37,009 nt of DNA, taken from IMG/VR virus record IMGVR_UViG_3300045988_084160, positions 1 to 37,009 of that record. One strand, given 5' to 3'. Position 1 is the stretch's first letter. Each line of letters opens with the position of its first letter. Made by a program: the position numbers and the translations under genes. Under the pieces are notes generated by a model. It saw nothing but the letters and a program-made list of their open reading frames with translations, had not been told where the DNA came from and searched no databases. Below, piece by piece: positions 1 through 8,856 of the stretch. The DNA comes from a virus.

Positions 1-99
1 ATTTTTTTTGCAAATTAAGTTGAATTAAAATCAACTCAAAGCAAATTATTTAATTTAAAAGTCGAAAAAGGTTGACAAACCTCGAAAAAGGTCGTATCA
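1..99. repeat. Terminal direct repeat, left copy (identical to 36911..37009)
   Basis: Base-for-base identity read directly. nt 1-18 repeat the last 5 codons plus stop of the CDS ending at 36928. Confidence 0.95.
19..35. promoter_or_regulatory. 17-bp dyad operator GTTGAATTAAAATCAAC (third copy of the GTTGA-N7-TCAAC motif; duplicated at 36929..36945)
   Basis: Perfect GTTGA/TCAAC arms with a 7-nt spacer. Same architecture as 36277..36293 and 36315..36331. Confidence 0.55.
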
Positions 100-100
100 T
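62..100 (+). promoter_or_regulatory. Early promoter TTGACA(72-77)-17 nt-TATCAT(95-100), flanked by two direct TCGAAAAAGGT repeats (62-72, 82-92)
   Basis: Consensus -35 box, 17-nt spacer and an acceptable -10 box. The 11-bp direct repeats are 20 bp apart and bracket the -35. Confidence 0.6.
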
Positions 101-128
101 TATGGTATCAAAACGAAAGGAGAACAAA

Positions 129-245
129 ATGATACAGACGACAATAAGAATACCAGTGGAGTTACACAGGAAGTTAAAGGAGCTGGCAAAGAAGAAAGGG
201 TTAACAGTCAATGCATTGATTGTGCAGGCACTGTGGAAATTATAG
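129..245 (+). CDS. 38-aa ribbon-helix-helix (Arc/CopG-like) DNA-binding protein
   Basis: AAAGGAG lies 7 nt upstream of the ATG. The sequence MIQTTIRIPVELHRKLKELAKKKGLTVNALIVQALWKL fits the beta-strand/helix/helix RHH pattern. Too short for the ORF track. Confidence 0.6.
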   Translation: MIQTTIRIPVELHRKLKELAKKKGLTVNALIVQALWKL

Positions 246-259
246 GAGGAACAAAGTAA

Positions 260-403
260 GTGGAATTAAAAGACATTAAAACTTATAAATTAGTTGAGGA
301 ATTAAAAAATAGGGAAGGCGTTTCACATTATTTGGCAGAACCCTATAAAGAAAAGAAAATTACAGTAAAGGGTCCTGCCCGTGTTTTAATCATTATTGAT
401 TAA
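260..403 (+). CDS. 47-aa small phage protein (resembles the BC1881-type family, from memory)
   Basis: GTG start behind AGGAGG. Carries the motif ...EL-x-NREGV...GPARVLIIID. Not in the ORF track. Confidence 0.45.
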   Translation: MELKDIKTYKLVEELKNREGVSHYLAEPYKEKKITVKGPARVLIIID

Positions 404-609
404 ACCTTAGCATACGGATAAACATTTTTTATGTTATAGGCATGATATGAGCCTTTAGAAGGTGCATTCATAAGGCTTTCATATACAGAAGCCGGAACAT
501 TGTAATAGTCATATGTCCATCCGGAATTAAAATGAATGCGTAATATTGAACCATCATAATCATATCCAACAGCTGCAATGTTGGAAGAAGCAACGGGTAT
601 CATATTCAT
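400..609 (-). CDS. KTSC domain protein
   Basis: VASSNIAAVGYD...LRIHF-x-G-x-YDYYNVP-x-VYESL-x-A-x-SKGSY matches the KTSC domain signature. RBS is AAAGGAGAA. It is the only minus-strand gene in the early arm. Confidence 0.75.
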   Translation of the reverse strand: MNMIPVASSNIAAVGYDYDGSILRIHFNSGWTYDYYNVPASVYESLMNAPSKGSYHAYNIKNVYPYAKV

Positions 610-744
610 ATTAAAAATTCTCCTTTCTCAATTACTCGGTGCTGTAACACCTGTAATGAAAGTATAAAAGGGGAATAAGCAAAAGGCAACAGACAACCAT
701 AGTGAAGCATAGGATAAAACATAACAGATAGGAGTGATGCAAAG

Positions 745-891
745 ATGAATGTATTAATTTTTGTTAATTATCAGGGAAATCAATATGAATGGGATAATTT
801 GACAGAACAGGAGAAAAAGGAAATGACTAAGAAACTGAACCAGCAGACAGCTGACCAGTTAGGTTATGAAAAGGAGATTATAAAAAATTGA
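745..891 (+). CDS. 48-aa hypothetical protein
   Basis: AGGAG RBS followed by ATG, with an open frame to TGA at 889-891. Below the ORF-track size cut-off. Confidence 0.45.
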   Translation: MNVLIFVNYQGNQYEWDNLTEQEKKEMTKKLNQQTADQLGYEKEIIKN

Positions 892-1205
892 TAGACGTAC
901 AAGAAAAAAGAATGCCCGTGGAAGTGGAAGTTCCAATAGGCACTCTAAAATTAATATTACAGTTTCATTTTATACCAATTAACGAAAATAGTCAAAAGGC
1001 TAAAAAGTCCAAATTAGAAGATATTGCATGGGACCTACATTTGGTTAAGGATGTTGTGATTGCAGTTTTAATATGTGCAGTATTAAGCAATAACAAATGG
1101 ATTGCTACCGGAAATGTAAATAAGATAGCAGCAATCATAACAATTGGAGCAATTATCATATATGGACTATTTGCATTTGATGTATGGCTGCGTTGCAGAA
1201 AGTAG
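888..1205 (+). CDS. Hypothetical membrane protein (two C-terminal hydrophobic helices)
   Basis: TTG start after AAGGAG. Hydrophobic stretches VVIAVLICAVL and IAAIITIGAIIIYGLFAF. Confidence 0.5.
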   Translation: MIDVQEKRMPVEVEVPIGTLKLILQFHFIPINENSQKAKKSKLEDIAWDLHLVKDVVIAVLICAVLSNNKWIATGNVNKIAAIITIGAIIIYGLFAFDVWLRCRK

Positions 1206-1214
1206 GTGCAGGAT

Positions 1215-1958
1215 ATGTATTACAACGAATGTCCTAACTGCGGAGCAACGTTAGACCCTGGAGAAAAGTGTGATTGTTTATTGGAACAAAATGAACATAT
1301 CCATATAAGAAGAGTTCAATATGCAACTAAGGCTGAATGGCTTAAGGCAAGAAAAGGTAAGATAGGTGGTTCAGATGCAACTGCAGTTTTAGGACTAAAT
1401 CCATACAAGACCAATGAAGAGTTTTGGGAGGAGATGGTAGGAATAAGAAAGCCCATCGACATATCAGACAAGCCATACGTCATATATGGAAGTAAGGCAG
1501 AAGAACACATAAGGGCAATATTTGCACTGGATCATCCGGAATATAAGGTTGAATACTTCGGTGACAACATGCTTCTTAATGATAAATATCCATTTGCACA
1601 TGCATCGCTTGATGGAGAACTGACAGAAGTTGAATCCGGAAGAAAAGGAATCTTTGAATGTAAGACAACAGAGCTGTTTAGTTCAATCCATAAAGAAAAG
1701 TGGGACGGGGAACATATTCCGGATAATTATTACATACAGGTCTTACATTATCTTATGGTAACTGAATATGAATTTGTTGTTTTAAGAGCACAGATAAAAA
1801 GCTTATGGAATGGTGAGATAAGGCTTATTACTAAAGATTATCATATTGAACGAAGTGAAGTTCAGGAAGATATTAACTTTCTTTATAAAAAAGAGCAGGA
1901 ATTTATTAATAAAGTCAAAACAAAAACAAGACCGGCATTAATAATGCCAGAATTTTAA
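1215..1958 (+). CDS. YqaJ-type (lambda Exo-like) recombination exonuclease with an N-terminal CxxC...CxC zinc ribbon
   Basis: GGSDATAVLGLNPYKT plus the downstream acidic/Lys motifs typical of YqaJ. Sits upstream of recT. ATG 1215 is preferred over GTG 1206 on SD spacing. Confidence 0.8.
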   Translation: MYYNECPNCGATLDPGEKCDCLLEQNEHIHIRRVQYATKAEWLKARKGKIGGSDATAVLGLNPYKTNEEFWEEMVGIRKPIDISDKPYVIYGSKAEEHIRAIFALDHPEYKVEYFGDNMLLNDKYPFAHASLDGELTEVESGRKGIFECKTTELFSSIHKEKWDGEHIPDNYYIQVLHYLMVTEYEFVVLRAQIKSLWNGEIRLITKDYHIERSEVQEDINFLYKKEQEFINKVKTKTRPALIMPEF

Positions 1959-1978
1959 ACAGAAAGGAATAGGAAAAA

Positions 1979-2881
1979 ATGGAATTACAGATTTATAATC
2001 CAACAGATGAAAATGCAATCAAAAAGATAGATTGGAATTATGAGGAATTAAAGCAGGAAATAACAACAAGAGCGAATGATTATAAAACTCTTGTATACAC
2101 AGACGACAACATTAAAGATGCAAAATCAGACAGGGCAAATCTTAACAAATTCATAAAGGTTTTAGATACCAAAAGAAAAGATGTTAAAAAGATGATGCTT
2201 GAGCCATATACAGAATTTGAAAGTCAGGTAAAGGAACTAATTGGAATCATTGGAGAAGCAAACAACAACATTGACAGTCAGGTAAAGGCTTATGAGCAGA
2301 AAAAGAGAGATGAAAAACTCGTAAAGGTTCAGGAAATTTACGATGGAATATTTGGCGATAGTGATTTGTTATCAATTTTAACATGGGACAAAGTATTTAA
2401 GCCGACATATCTTAATGCAACAACAACCCTTAAAAGCATAAAAACTGAAATGACAGAGTTATTTGAAAGAGTAACAAATGAACTTAACATTATTAACAAT
2501 GATGATGGTGAATATCAGTTTGAAATGAAAGAAGAGTATCTTAAAAACTTCAGTATGACAGATGCTCTGACAGTCAAGCAGAGATTTGAAGAAAATGCAA
2601 GAAGAAAAGCTGAATATGAAGCAAAGAGACAGGCAGAAATGGAAGCACGTAAAGAAAGAGAAAGAGCAGAAACTGAAAGTGTTGCCGATGCTGGAAAGAT
2701 TCAGACTAATGAAAATAAAGAAGAGAAAGAAACTGCAGCTACAGAAGCAGTAAAAGCAGTAGAAACTTTCACGGAAGAATTGATTGAACTTGACTTTAGA
2801 GTAAGAGCAACAGCAACTCAGCTTGAAGGATTAAAGAATTATTTGAAGAGTAACAATATAGAATTTGGACCAGTGAAATAG
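1979..2881 (+). CDS. DUF1351-family protein (recombination-module partner of RecT in Firmicutes phages)
   Basis: N-terminal pattern ...DNIKDAKSDRANLNKFIKVLDTKRKDVKK..LEPY..FESQVKEL and its position between the exonuclease and RecT. Confidence 0.65.
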   Translation: MELQIYNPTDENAIKKIDWNYEELKQEITTRANDYKTLVYTDDNIKDAKSDRANLNKFIKVLDTKRKDVKKMMLEPYTEFESQVKELIGIIGEANNNIDSQVKAYEQKKRDEKLVKVQEIYDGIFGDSDLLSILTWDKVFKPTYLNATTTLKSIKTEMTELFERVTNELNIINNDDGEYQFEMKEEYLKNFSMTDALTVKQRFEENARRKAEYEAKRQAEMEARKERERAETESVADAGKIQTNENKEEKETAATEAVKAVETFTEELIELDFRVRATATQLEGLKNYLKSNNIEFGPVK

Positions 2882-2894
2882 GGAGGAAAAGTAA

Positions 2895-3863
2895 ATGGCA
2901 GTATCAAACAGTTTAGCAAAGAGTCAGCAGAAAACAACATTAACAGCATATCTTTCAAATGATGCTGTTAAAAATCAGATTAATAGCATTATTGGTGGAA
3001 AGAATGGACCACGTTTTATTTCATCAATTATAAGTGCAGTTAATGCAAATTCTACATTACAGGAATGTACGAATGCATCGATATTAAGTTCAGCACTTTT
3101 AGGTGAGAGCCTTAAGCTTTCACCAAGTCCACAGTTAGGACAGTTTTACATGGTTCCGTTCAATAACAGTAAGAAGAAATGCAAAGAAGCACAGTTCCAG
3201 CTTGGATATAAAGGATATATTCAGCTTGCAATCAGATCAGGACAGTATAAGAAACTAAATGTACTTGCAATTAAGGAAGGTGAACTAATTAATTTTAATC
3301 CTTTGGATGAAGAAATAGAAGTTAAGTTAATTGCTGATGAATCAGAAAGAGAAAAGGCAAAAACAATAGGATATTATGCGATGTTTGAATATACAAACGG
3401 ATTCAAAAAGGCAATGTATTGGTCAAAGGAAAAGATGCTTGCTCATGCTGATAAATATAGTCAGGCGTTCAGCTTGAAAGCAACAGGCGGAAGTTGCCCA
3501 AAGGTTTCATATGCTGATTATGAAGCAGGTAAGGTTCCTGAGAGCGAGATGTGGAAATATAGCAGCTTCTGGTATAAAGATTTTGACGGTATGGCATATA
3601 AGACAATGCTTAGACAGCTTATTAGCAAATGGGGTGTAATGAGTATTGATATGCAGACAGCTCTTGACAGTGACATGGCAGTAATTAATGAAGATGGAAC
3701 GAAGGAATATGTTGAAATAGATGAAGGAATGATTGTTGAGGGTTCTGCGGAAGAAATGGAAAGTGCTAATGTCGGTGAAGGTGAAGAAGTAGCTAAGAAG
3801 CAGACAACAGAACAGCCTCAACAGACAACGGCTCAGGCAGTACAACAGTCATTCTTCCAATAG
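2895..3863 (+). CDS. recT: RecT single-strand annealing protein
   Basis: The QLGYKGYIQLAIRSGQYK core and overall RecT-like layout. Acidic, Q-rich tail. Confidence 0.85.
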   Translation: MAVSNSLAKSQQKTTLTAYLSNDAVKNQINSIIGGKNGPRFISSIISAVNANSTLQECTNASILSSALLGESLKLSPSPQLGQFYMVPFNNSKKKCKEAQFQLGYKGYIQLAIRSGQYKKLNVLAIKEGELINFNPLDEEIEVKLIADESEREKAKTIGYYAMFEYTNGFKKAMYWSKEKMLAHADKYSQAFSLKATGGSCPKVSYADYEAGKVPESEMWKYSSFWYKDFDGMAYKTMLRQLISKWGVMSIDMQTALDSDMAVINEDGTKEYVEIDEGMIVEGSAEEMESANVGEGEEVAKKQTTEQPQQTTAQAVQQSFFQ

Positions 3864-3875
3864 GAGGACAAGTCT

Positions 3876-4151
3876 ATGGATATAGTGGATTACATTCCAT
3901 TTGGAAGGGAGAATGCAGTAACCAGAACGCAGTTAAGGATTATGACAGGTCTGAATGACAGACAAATACGTGAGCAAATATCACAGGCAAGAAGAGATAC
4001 TGTAATTCTTAATATGCAGGATGGAAAGGGTTATTTCAGACCTCTTCCGGAGGAAAGAAAACTTGTAGAAGCATATGCAAGGCAGGAAACAGCAAGACTA
4101 AGGAGTATAGGTTGGAGCTTAAAGGCTGCAAGAAAAATGCTTAAATGGTAA
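3876..4151 (+). CDS. Small winged-helix-like protein, function unknown
   Basis: ORF with an AGGAGG RBS. The segment TRTQLRIMTGLNDRQIREQISQARRD looks HTH-like. Confidence 0.5.
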   Translation: MDIVDYIPFGRENAVTRTQLRIMTGLNDRQIREQISQARRDTVILNMQDGKGYFRPLPEERKLVEAYARQETARLRSIGWSLKAARKMLKW

Positions 4152-4157
4152 CTATTA

Positions 4158-4171
4158 ATTGACATGTCAAT
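4158..4171. promoter_or_regulatory. Perfect 14-bp palindrome ATTGACATGTCAAT (a TTGACA box in both orientations) in the 120-nt gap before rusA
   Basis: Read directly. Only a weak -10 (TATCTG, 4182-4187) follows. Confidence 0.3.
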
Positions 4172-4271
4172 ACAAAGCACATATCTGATAACAAATATAT
4201 ATCACGAAATTAATTAACTATGTTTATGTAATTAGCCTGCTACATAAGGTGGCAGGCAGAAAGGAGACAAG

Positions 4272-4718
4272 GTGGGCATAACATTTGTAATTCCCGGACC
4301 GCCAAAAGGAAAAGCCAGGGCAAGAACATTTTACAATTCAAAATTAGGAAGAATGCAAAGTATCACACCGGATGGAACAGTTCTATATGAGAATCTGATA
4401 AAGACAAACTATACCGAAGTCGCAGAAGATGAAGATTTTAAAGGCTATTTTGATAAAGAGCCTTTGACAATGGCTGTAACGGCGGTGTATGAGATTCCAA
4501 AAAGTACAAGTAAAAAGAAAGTAAAATTAATGCAGGAAGGGTTAGAAAGACCTTGTAAGAAACCTGATATAGATAATATTGCAAAGGTTGTATGTGACGC
4601 ATTAAATAAAGTAGCTTACGGAGATGATACACAAATTTGTGACATGATTTTAAGAAAAAGGTATACAAGAGAAGGAGAAAATCCACACGTTATTGTAACT
4701 GTAAGCAATACAGAATAA
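4272..4718 (+). CDS. rusA: RusA-family Holliday junction resolvase
   Basis: GPPKGKARAR...KPDIDNIAKVVCDALNKVAYGDDTQI matches the RusA signature. GTG start after AAAGGAG. Confidence 0.85.
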   Translation: MGITFVIPGPPKGKARARTFYNSKLGRMQSITPDGTVLYENLIKTNYTEVAEDEDFKGYFDKEPLTMAVTAVYEIPKSTSKKKVKLMQEGLERPCKKPDIDNIAKVVCDALNKVAYGDDTQICDMILRKRYTREGENPHVIVTVSNTE

Positions 4719-4727
4719 GGAGTGAAC

Positions 4728-5573
4728 ATGGCAAGACCAATAAAAAAAGGACTTAGCTATTTCCCCAAAGATGTTGATTATTACGAAGATTTCAAAATCA
4801 TGGACCTGATGAACGAATATGGTCCATTAGGTCAGACTATTTACGACGTAGTCATTTCGATGATTTATCGCGAAGGTTACTTTCTTGAATTTAAGAATTT
4901 TGAACAGCTTAAGAAGAATCTGCCGGTTAAAATCATCAAGATAATCGGAAATAGATGGATTAATAAAAAAGACTTTGTGTTACAAGTTATTCTCTCTTGT
5001 GCGGATATAGGTCTATTCGATTATGACCTCCTGATGCAAGGAGTTGTAACCTCTGTTGGAGTTCAGCGACGCTATGATACAGTGACTGTTAGGAACAAAG
5101 TCCAGAAAGAAAAATATAGGTTGATTGATAAAAATGGTCAACCCTTATTAAATGAACCCATAAAAGGGGTTTCTGTAACAGAAACGAACATTAATGTAAC
5201 AGAAAACAGAGATAGTGCAACAGATATGCAACAAAAGAAAATAAAAGTAAACAAAAGTAAAGTAAATACATATTTCGATTCAGAAAAAGTGAATGATGCA
5301 TTTGCAGCATATCTCGCCATGAGAGAAAGGTCTGCACCAGTACCGGGAAGCAAGATTGTTAATCTCATTGAGCAGCTTAATACTTTTAAAGATAAAGGCT
5401 GTAGTGATGATGAACTTGTAGAGATTGTTAAAGAAGCAACATCAAAAGGCTGGATGAATTTTTATAAGTCGGACAAAAAGAAGCCGGAGCAGAGCAAAGC
5501 AAACTTTACTGAACGAAATTATAGCAAAGATGATATGGAATCACTTGAACGTAAATTATTAATGAGGAGATAG
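4728..5573 (+). CDS. Replisome organiser / DnaD-like protein with an N-terminal DUF4373 (Lin1244-type) domain
   Basis: MARPIKKGLSYFPKDVDYYEDFKI..L..EYG..G..IY is typical of DUF4373. ATG 4728 lies 5 nt after AAGGAG. Confidence 0.7.
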   Translation: MARPIKKGLSYFPKDVDYYEDFKIMDLMNEYGPLGQTIYDVVISMIYREGYFLEFKNFEQLKKNLPVKIIKIIGNRWINKKDFVLQVILSCADIGLFDYDLLMQGVVTSVGVQRRYDTVTVRNKVQKEKYRLIDKNGQPLLNEPIKGVSVTETNINVTENRDSATDMQQKKIKVNKSKVNTYFDSEKVNDAFAAYLAMRERSAPVPGSKIVNLIEQLNTFKDKGCSDDELVEIVKEATSKGWMNFYKSDKKKPEQSKANFTERNYSKDDMESLERKLLMRR

Positions 5574-5575
5574 AT

Positions 5576-5761
5576 ATGGATATAAACAAAATGACAAAAG
5601 AACAGATTGAATACAGAATCAGACAGATAGACGGAAGGGAGATGTTTCTAATCTGTGCTGATTATATGACAGATGAACAGAGAGAAGAAGTAAGGGCAAT
5701 TACACTTGAAAGAGAGCAGTTACAGAAGAGATTGGAAGAGTTAAATGGATGTAAGAGTTAA
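5576..5761 (+). CDS. 61-aa hypothetical protein
   Basis: ORF tightly packed after the previous stop. Predicted helical. Confidence 0.5.
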   Translation: MDINKMTKEQIEYRIRQIDGREMFLICADYMTDEQREEVRAITLEREQLQKRLEELNGCKS

Positions 5762-6278
5762 CGAACCTGCAAACTATTGGCATTTAATTAATTTACCGGG
5801 AAATAACCAATATGAAATCAGCATAGATGGAAAAGTAAGAAAAACATTCAAGAACGGTAAGAAAAAAATGTTAACACCATTTAGGAGAAAGAACAAAAGA
5901 AATTTATTTGTGAAAATCACTATTGATGGTAAATCAAAGGACTACACAGTTTTTAGATTACTGGTAAATACATTTGCAAATGAAATTCCTGAAGGAAAAG
6001 TTCCATATCATAAGGATCTGAGTATTTGGAACAATCATAGAGATAACATAGGCTTCATAACAAGAGAGGAATTAGGCAAACTTACTGCAAGAATGTCAGG
6101 TAAACGAAAGCCGGTGCTAAAAATAGATTCATCGGGAAAGATTGTTGAAACATATGTAAGTGTAAGAGAAGCAGGCATTAGAAATAACATGTCTTATCAG
6201 ACGATAGCAGACAGATGCCATAACAGAATAAAGAAACCATTTGCATTAGATGGATATAACTATCAGTTTGAAGAATAA
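5745..6278 (+). CDS. Free-standing HNH homing-type endonuclease (NUMOD4 + HNH_3 + C-terminal NUMOD1/IENR-like HTH)
   Basis: W-x-LINLPGNNQYEISIDGKVR (NUMOD4), VPYHKD....WNNHRDN (HNH) and VSVREAG....SYQTIADRC (HTH). Confidence 0.75.
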   Translation: MDVRVNEPANYWHLINLPGNNQYEISIDGKVRKTFKNGKKKMLTPFRRKNKRNLFVKITIDGKSKDYTVFRLLVNTFANEIPEGKVPYHKDLSIWNNHRDNIGFITREELGKLTARMSGKRKPVLKIDSSGKIVETYVSVREAGIRNNMSYQTIADRCHNRIKKPFALDGYNYQFEE

Positions 6279-6339
6279 AAAATAATCGAAAGGAGCGGAA
6301 CTCTGGCCAGAGTAATGATATATCGGTTCCTGGAGAGAA

Positions 6340-8856
6340 ATGGAATATTTAGAATTTTTAAAAAGCAAAATTGACATAGCAAAAGACAGTGGATTTGAAG
6401 TAAAAAGAGAAGATATAAATCCAATATTAAAACCACACCAGAAAGATGCCGTAATGTGGGCAATACGAGGCGGAAGAAGAGCTTTGTTTGAATCATTTGG
6501 ACTGGGAAAAACAGTTCAGGAAATAGAATTTTGTCACCAGATAGTAAAGCATAAAGGCGGAAAAGCATTAATTGTATTACCGCTTGGAGTTAAGCAGGAA
6601 TTTACACATGATGCAGTAGAGGTATTAGGTTATAAAAAGCCTGAATATGTACGAAACATGGAAGAGGTTAAAAATGCCAAAAGTGACATTATGATAACCA
6701 ACTATGAAAGAGTAAGAGATGGAAATATTGAACCTAAATATTTTAAGGCAACATCCTTAGATGAAGCATCAGTTCTCAGAAGTTTTGGAAGCAAGACATA
6801 TCAGGAGTTTCTGGAAAAGTTTAAAGGAGTTGAATATAAACTTGTTGCAACAGCTACACCATCACCGAACAAATATAAGGAACTTATTCATTACGCAGGA
6901 TATTTGGAAGTAATGGACACAGGTCAGGCATTAACGAGATTTTTCCAAAGAGACAGTACAAAGGCAAATAATCTGACTTTATATCCTAATCAGGAAGATG
7001 AATTCTGGTTGTGGGTAAGCAGCTGGGCATTATTCTGTACAAAGCCTTCAGATTTGAATAGTGAATATTCAGATGAAGGATATGAATTGCCACCATTGCA
7101 GGTAAACTGGCATGAATTACCGATAAACTACGGAGATACGGCTGATAAGAATGGACAGATGCAGTTATTTACAGAAGCGACAGCAGGGTTAAAAGAAGCA
7201 GCAGCCGTTAAAAGAGAAAGCATATCTGCAAGAATAGAAAAGATGAAGGAAATCGTAGATGCAAGTCCAAATGATAATTTTATACTGTGGCATGATTTGG
7301 AAAGTGAAAGACACGCAATAAAGAAAGCGTTACCGGAAACAGTTGATATATATGGCTCACAGAATTATGAAATCAGGGAAAAAAGAGTTATAGATTTTTC
7401 GGAAGGAAGGACAAGATTGTTTGCAACAAAGAAAGAATTATCAGGTTCAGGTTGTAACTTCCAAAAACATTGTCACAGAGAAATTTTTGTAGGCATAGAT
7501 TATGAATTTAATGATTTTATTCAGGCAATACACAGATGCTACAGATTCCTTCAAAAAGAGCAGGTAATAATTGACATAATTTACATGGAGAATGAAAAGA
7601 GTATTAAAGAGGTTCTGGAAGAAAAGTGGAAAAATCATAATCATATGGTGTCAAAAATGATTGAAATAGTAAAGAAATATGGTCTGAATCAGAACAATAA
7701 GGCACAGGGACTTAACAGAAAGATAGGAGTGAAAGCAGTGAAGGTAGAAGGAAAGTATTATACAGCAGTTCATAATGATTGTGTTGAGGAAGTAAGAACC
7801 ATGAATGATAATTCGGTAGATTTAATTCATACATCAATTCCATTTGGAAACCATTATGAATATTCGGCAAATTATAACGATTTCGGACACAATCAAAATA
7901 CGAAAAGATTCTTTGAGCAGATGGATTTTTTGACACCCGAATTATTAAGAATATTAAAACCGGGAAGGGTTGCGGCTATTCATGTAAAGGACAGAGTACT
8001 GTTTGGTAATGCAACAGGTACGGGAATGCCAACAATTGAACCTTTCCATGCTGACTGTATAGCTCATTACATAAAACATGGATTTCAGTACTTTGGAATG
8101 ATAACGGTTGTGACGGATGTTGTAAGGGAAAATAATCAGACATACAGATTAGGTTGGAGTGAACAGTGTAAAGACGGCTCAAAAATGGGAGTGGGATGCC
8201 CGGAATATATATTGCTGTTTAGAAAGCTGCCAACAGACAAATCAACAGCTTATGCAGATGAACCGGTTAAAAAGACAAAAGAAGAATATACGAGGGCACA
8301 ATGGCAGATAGATGCACACGGATACTGGAGAAGTTCAGGAGACAGACTTGTAACTAAGAAAGAATTATTGGAAGCAGACATTAAGAATTTACAGAAGGTA
8401 TATCGCAAATATTCAAGAGAAAATATTTACAACTATGAAGAACATGTAAAACTTGCAGAACAGCTTGATAAAGAAGGAAGACTTCCGGCTATATTTATGG
8501 TAGTAGCTCCCGGTTCATGGAACAACCTTGAAGTGTGGGATGATATAAACAGAATGAAAACACTCAATACACAGCAGTCGAGAAGGAGAAAGCAAATGCA
8601 TGTGTGTCCTTTACAGATAGACATCGTTGAAAGGATTATAAACAGATATTCAAATAAAGGGGATTTGGTTCTGGATCCATTTGGCGGACTTATGACAGTT
8701 CCAATGACTGCGGTAAAAATGAAAAGAAGAGGATACGGAATAGAATTAAATGAAGATTATTTCAGGGATGGCGTCGGATATTTGCAACAGGCTGAAGAGG
8801 AAAGAGAGACACCTACATTATTTGATTACTTAGGAATAGATGGAGGTGAACAATAG
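6340..8856 (+). CDS. 838-aa fusion of an SF2 (SNF2/DEAD-like) helicase and a beta-class N6A/N4C DNA methyltransferase
   Basis: Helicase motifs: GLGKT (I), LDEAS (II), ATATPSPN (III), QAIHRCYRFLQ (VI). Methylase motifs: HTSIPFG (DPPY-like motif IV) lies upstream of VLDPFGGLMT (motif I), which is the beta-class order. Confidence 0.8.
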   Translation: MEYLEFLKSKIDIAKDSGFEVKREDINPILKPHQKDAVMWAIRGGRRALFESFGLGKTVQEIEFCHQIVKHKGGKALIVLPLGVKQEFTHDAVEVLGYKKPEYVRNMEEVKNAKSDIMITNYERVRDGNIEPKYFKATSLDEASVLRSFGSKTYQEFLEKFKGVEYKLVATATPSPNKYKELIHYAGYLEVMDTGQALTRFFQRDSTKANNLTLYPNQEDEFWLWVSSWALFCTKPSDLNSEYSDEGYELPPLQVNWHELPINYGDTADKNGQMQLFTEATAGLKEAAAVKRESISARIEKMKEIVDASPNDNFILWHDLESERHAIKKALPETVDIYGSQNYEIREKRVIDFSEGRTRLFATKKELSGSGCNFQKHCHREIFVGIDYEFNDFIQAIHRCYRFLQKEQVIIDIIYMENEKSIKEVLEEKWKNHNHMVSKMIEIVKKYGLNQNNKAQGLNRKIGVKAVKVEGKYYTAVHNDCVEEVRTMNDNSVDLIHTSIPFGNHYEYSANYNDFGHNQNTKRFFEQMDFLTPELLRILKPGRVAAIHVKDRVLFGNATGTGMPTIEPFHADCIAHYIKHGFQYFGMITVVTDVVRENNQTYRLGWSEQCKDGSKMGVGCPEYILLFRKLPTDKSTAYADEPVKKTKEEYTRAQWQIDAHGYWRSSGDRLVTKKELLEADIKNLQKVYRKYSRENIYNYEEHVKLAEQLDKEGRLPAIFMVVAPGSWNNLEVWDDINRMKTLNTQQSRRRKQMHVCPLQIDIVERIINRYSNKGDLVLDPFGGLMTVPMTAVKMKRRGYGIELNEDYFRDGVGYLQQAEEERETPTLFDYLGIDGGEQ

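Noticed and set aside
610-744. Possible minus-strand promoter TTGCCT-17 nt-TATACT for the KTSC gene.
   Set aside because: Plausible but weak, and not distinguishable from chance in AT-rich DNA. It was not listed as a feature.
6301-6312. Palindrome CTCTGGCCAGAG before the helicase-methylase gene.
   Set aside because: It is too short, has no loop and no T-run. No function can be argued from it.
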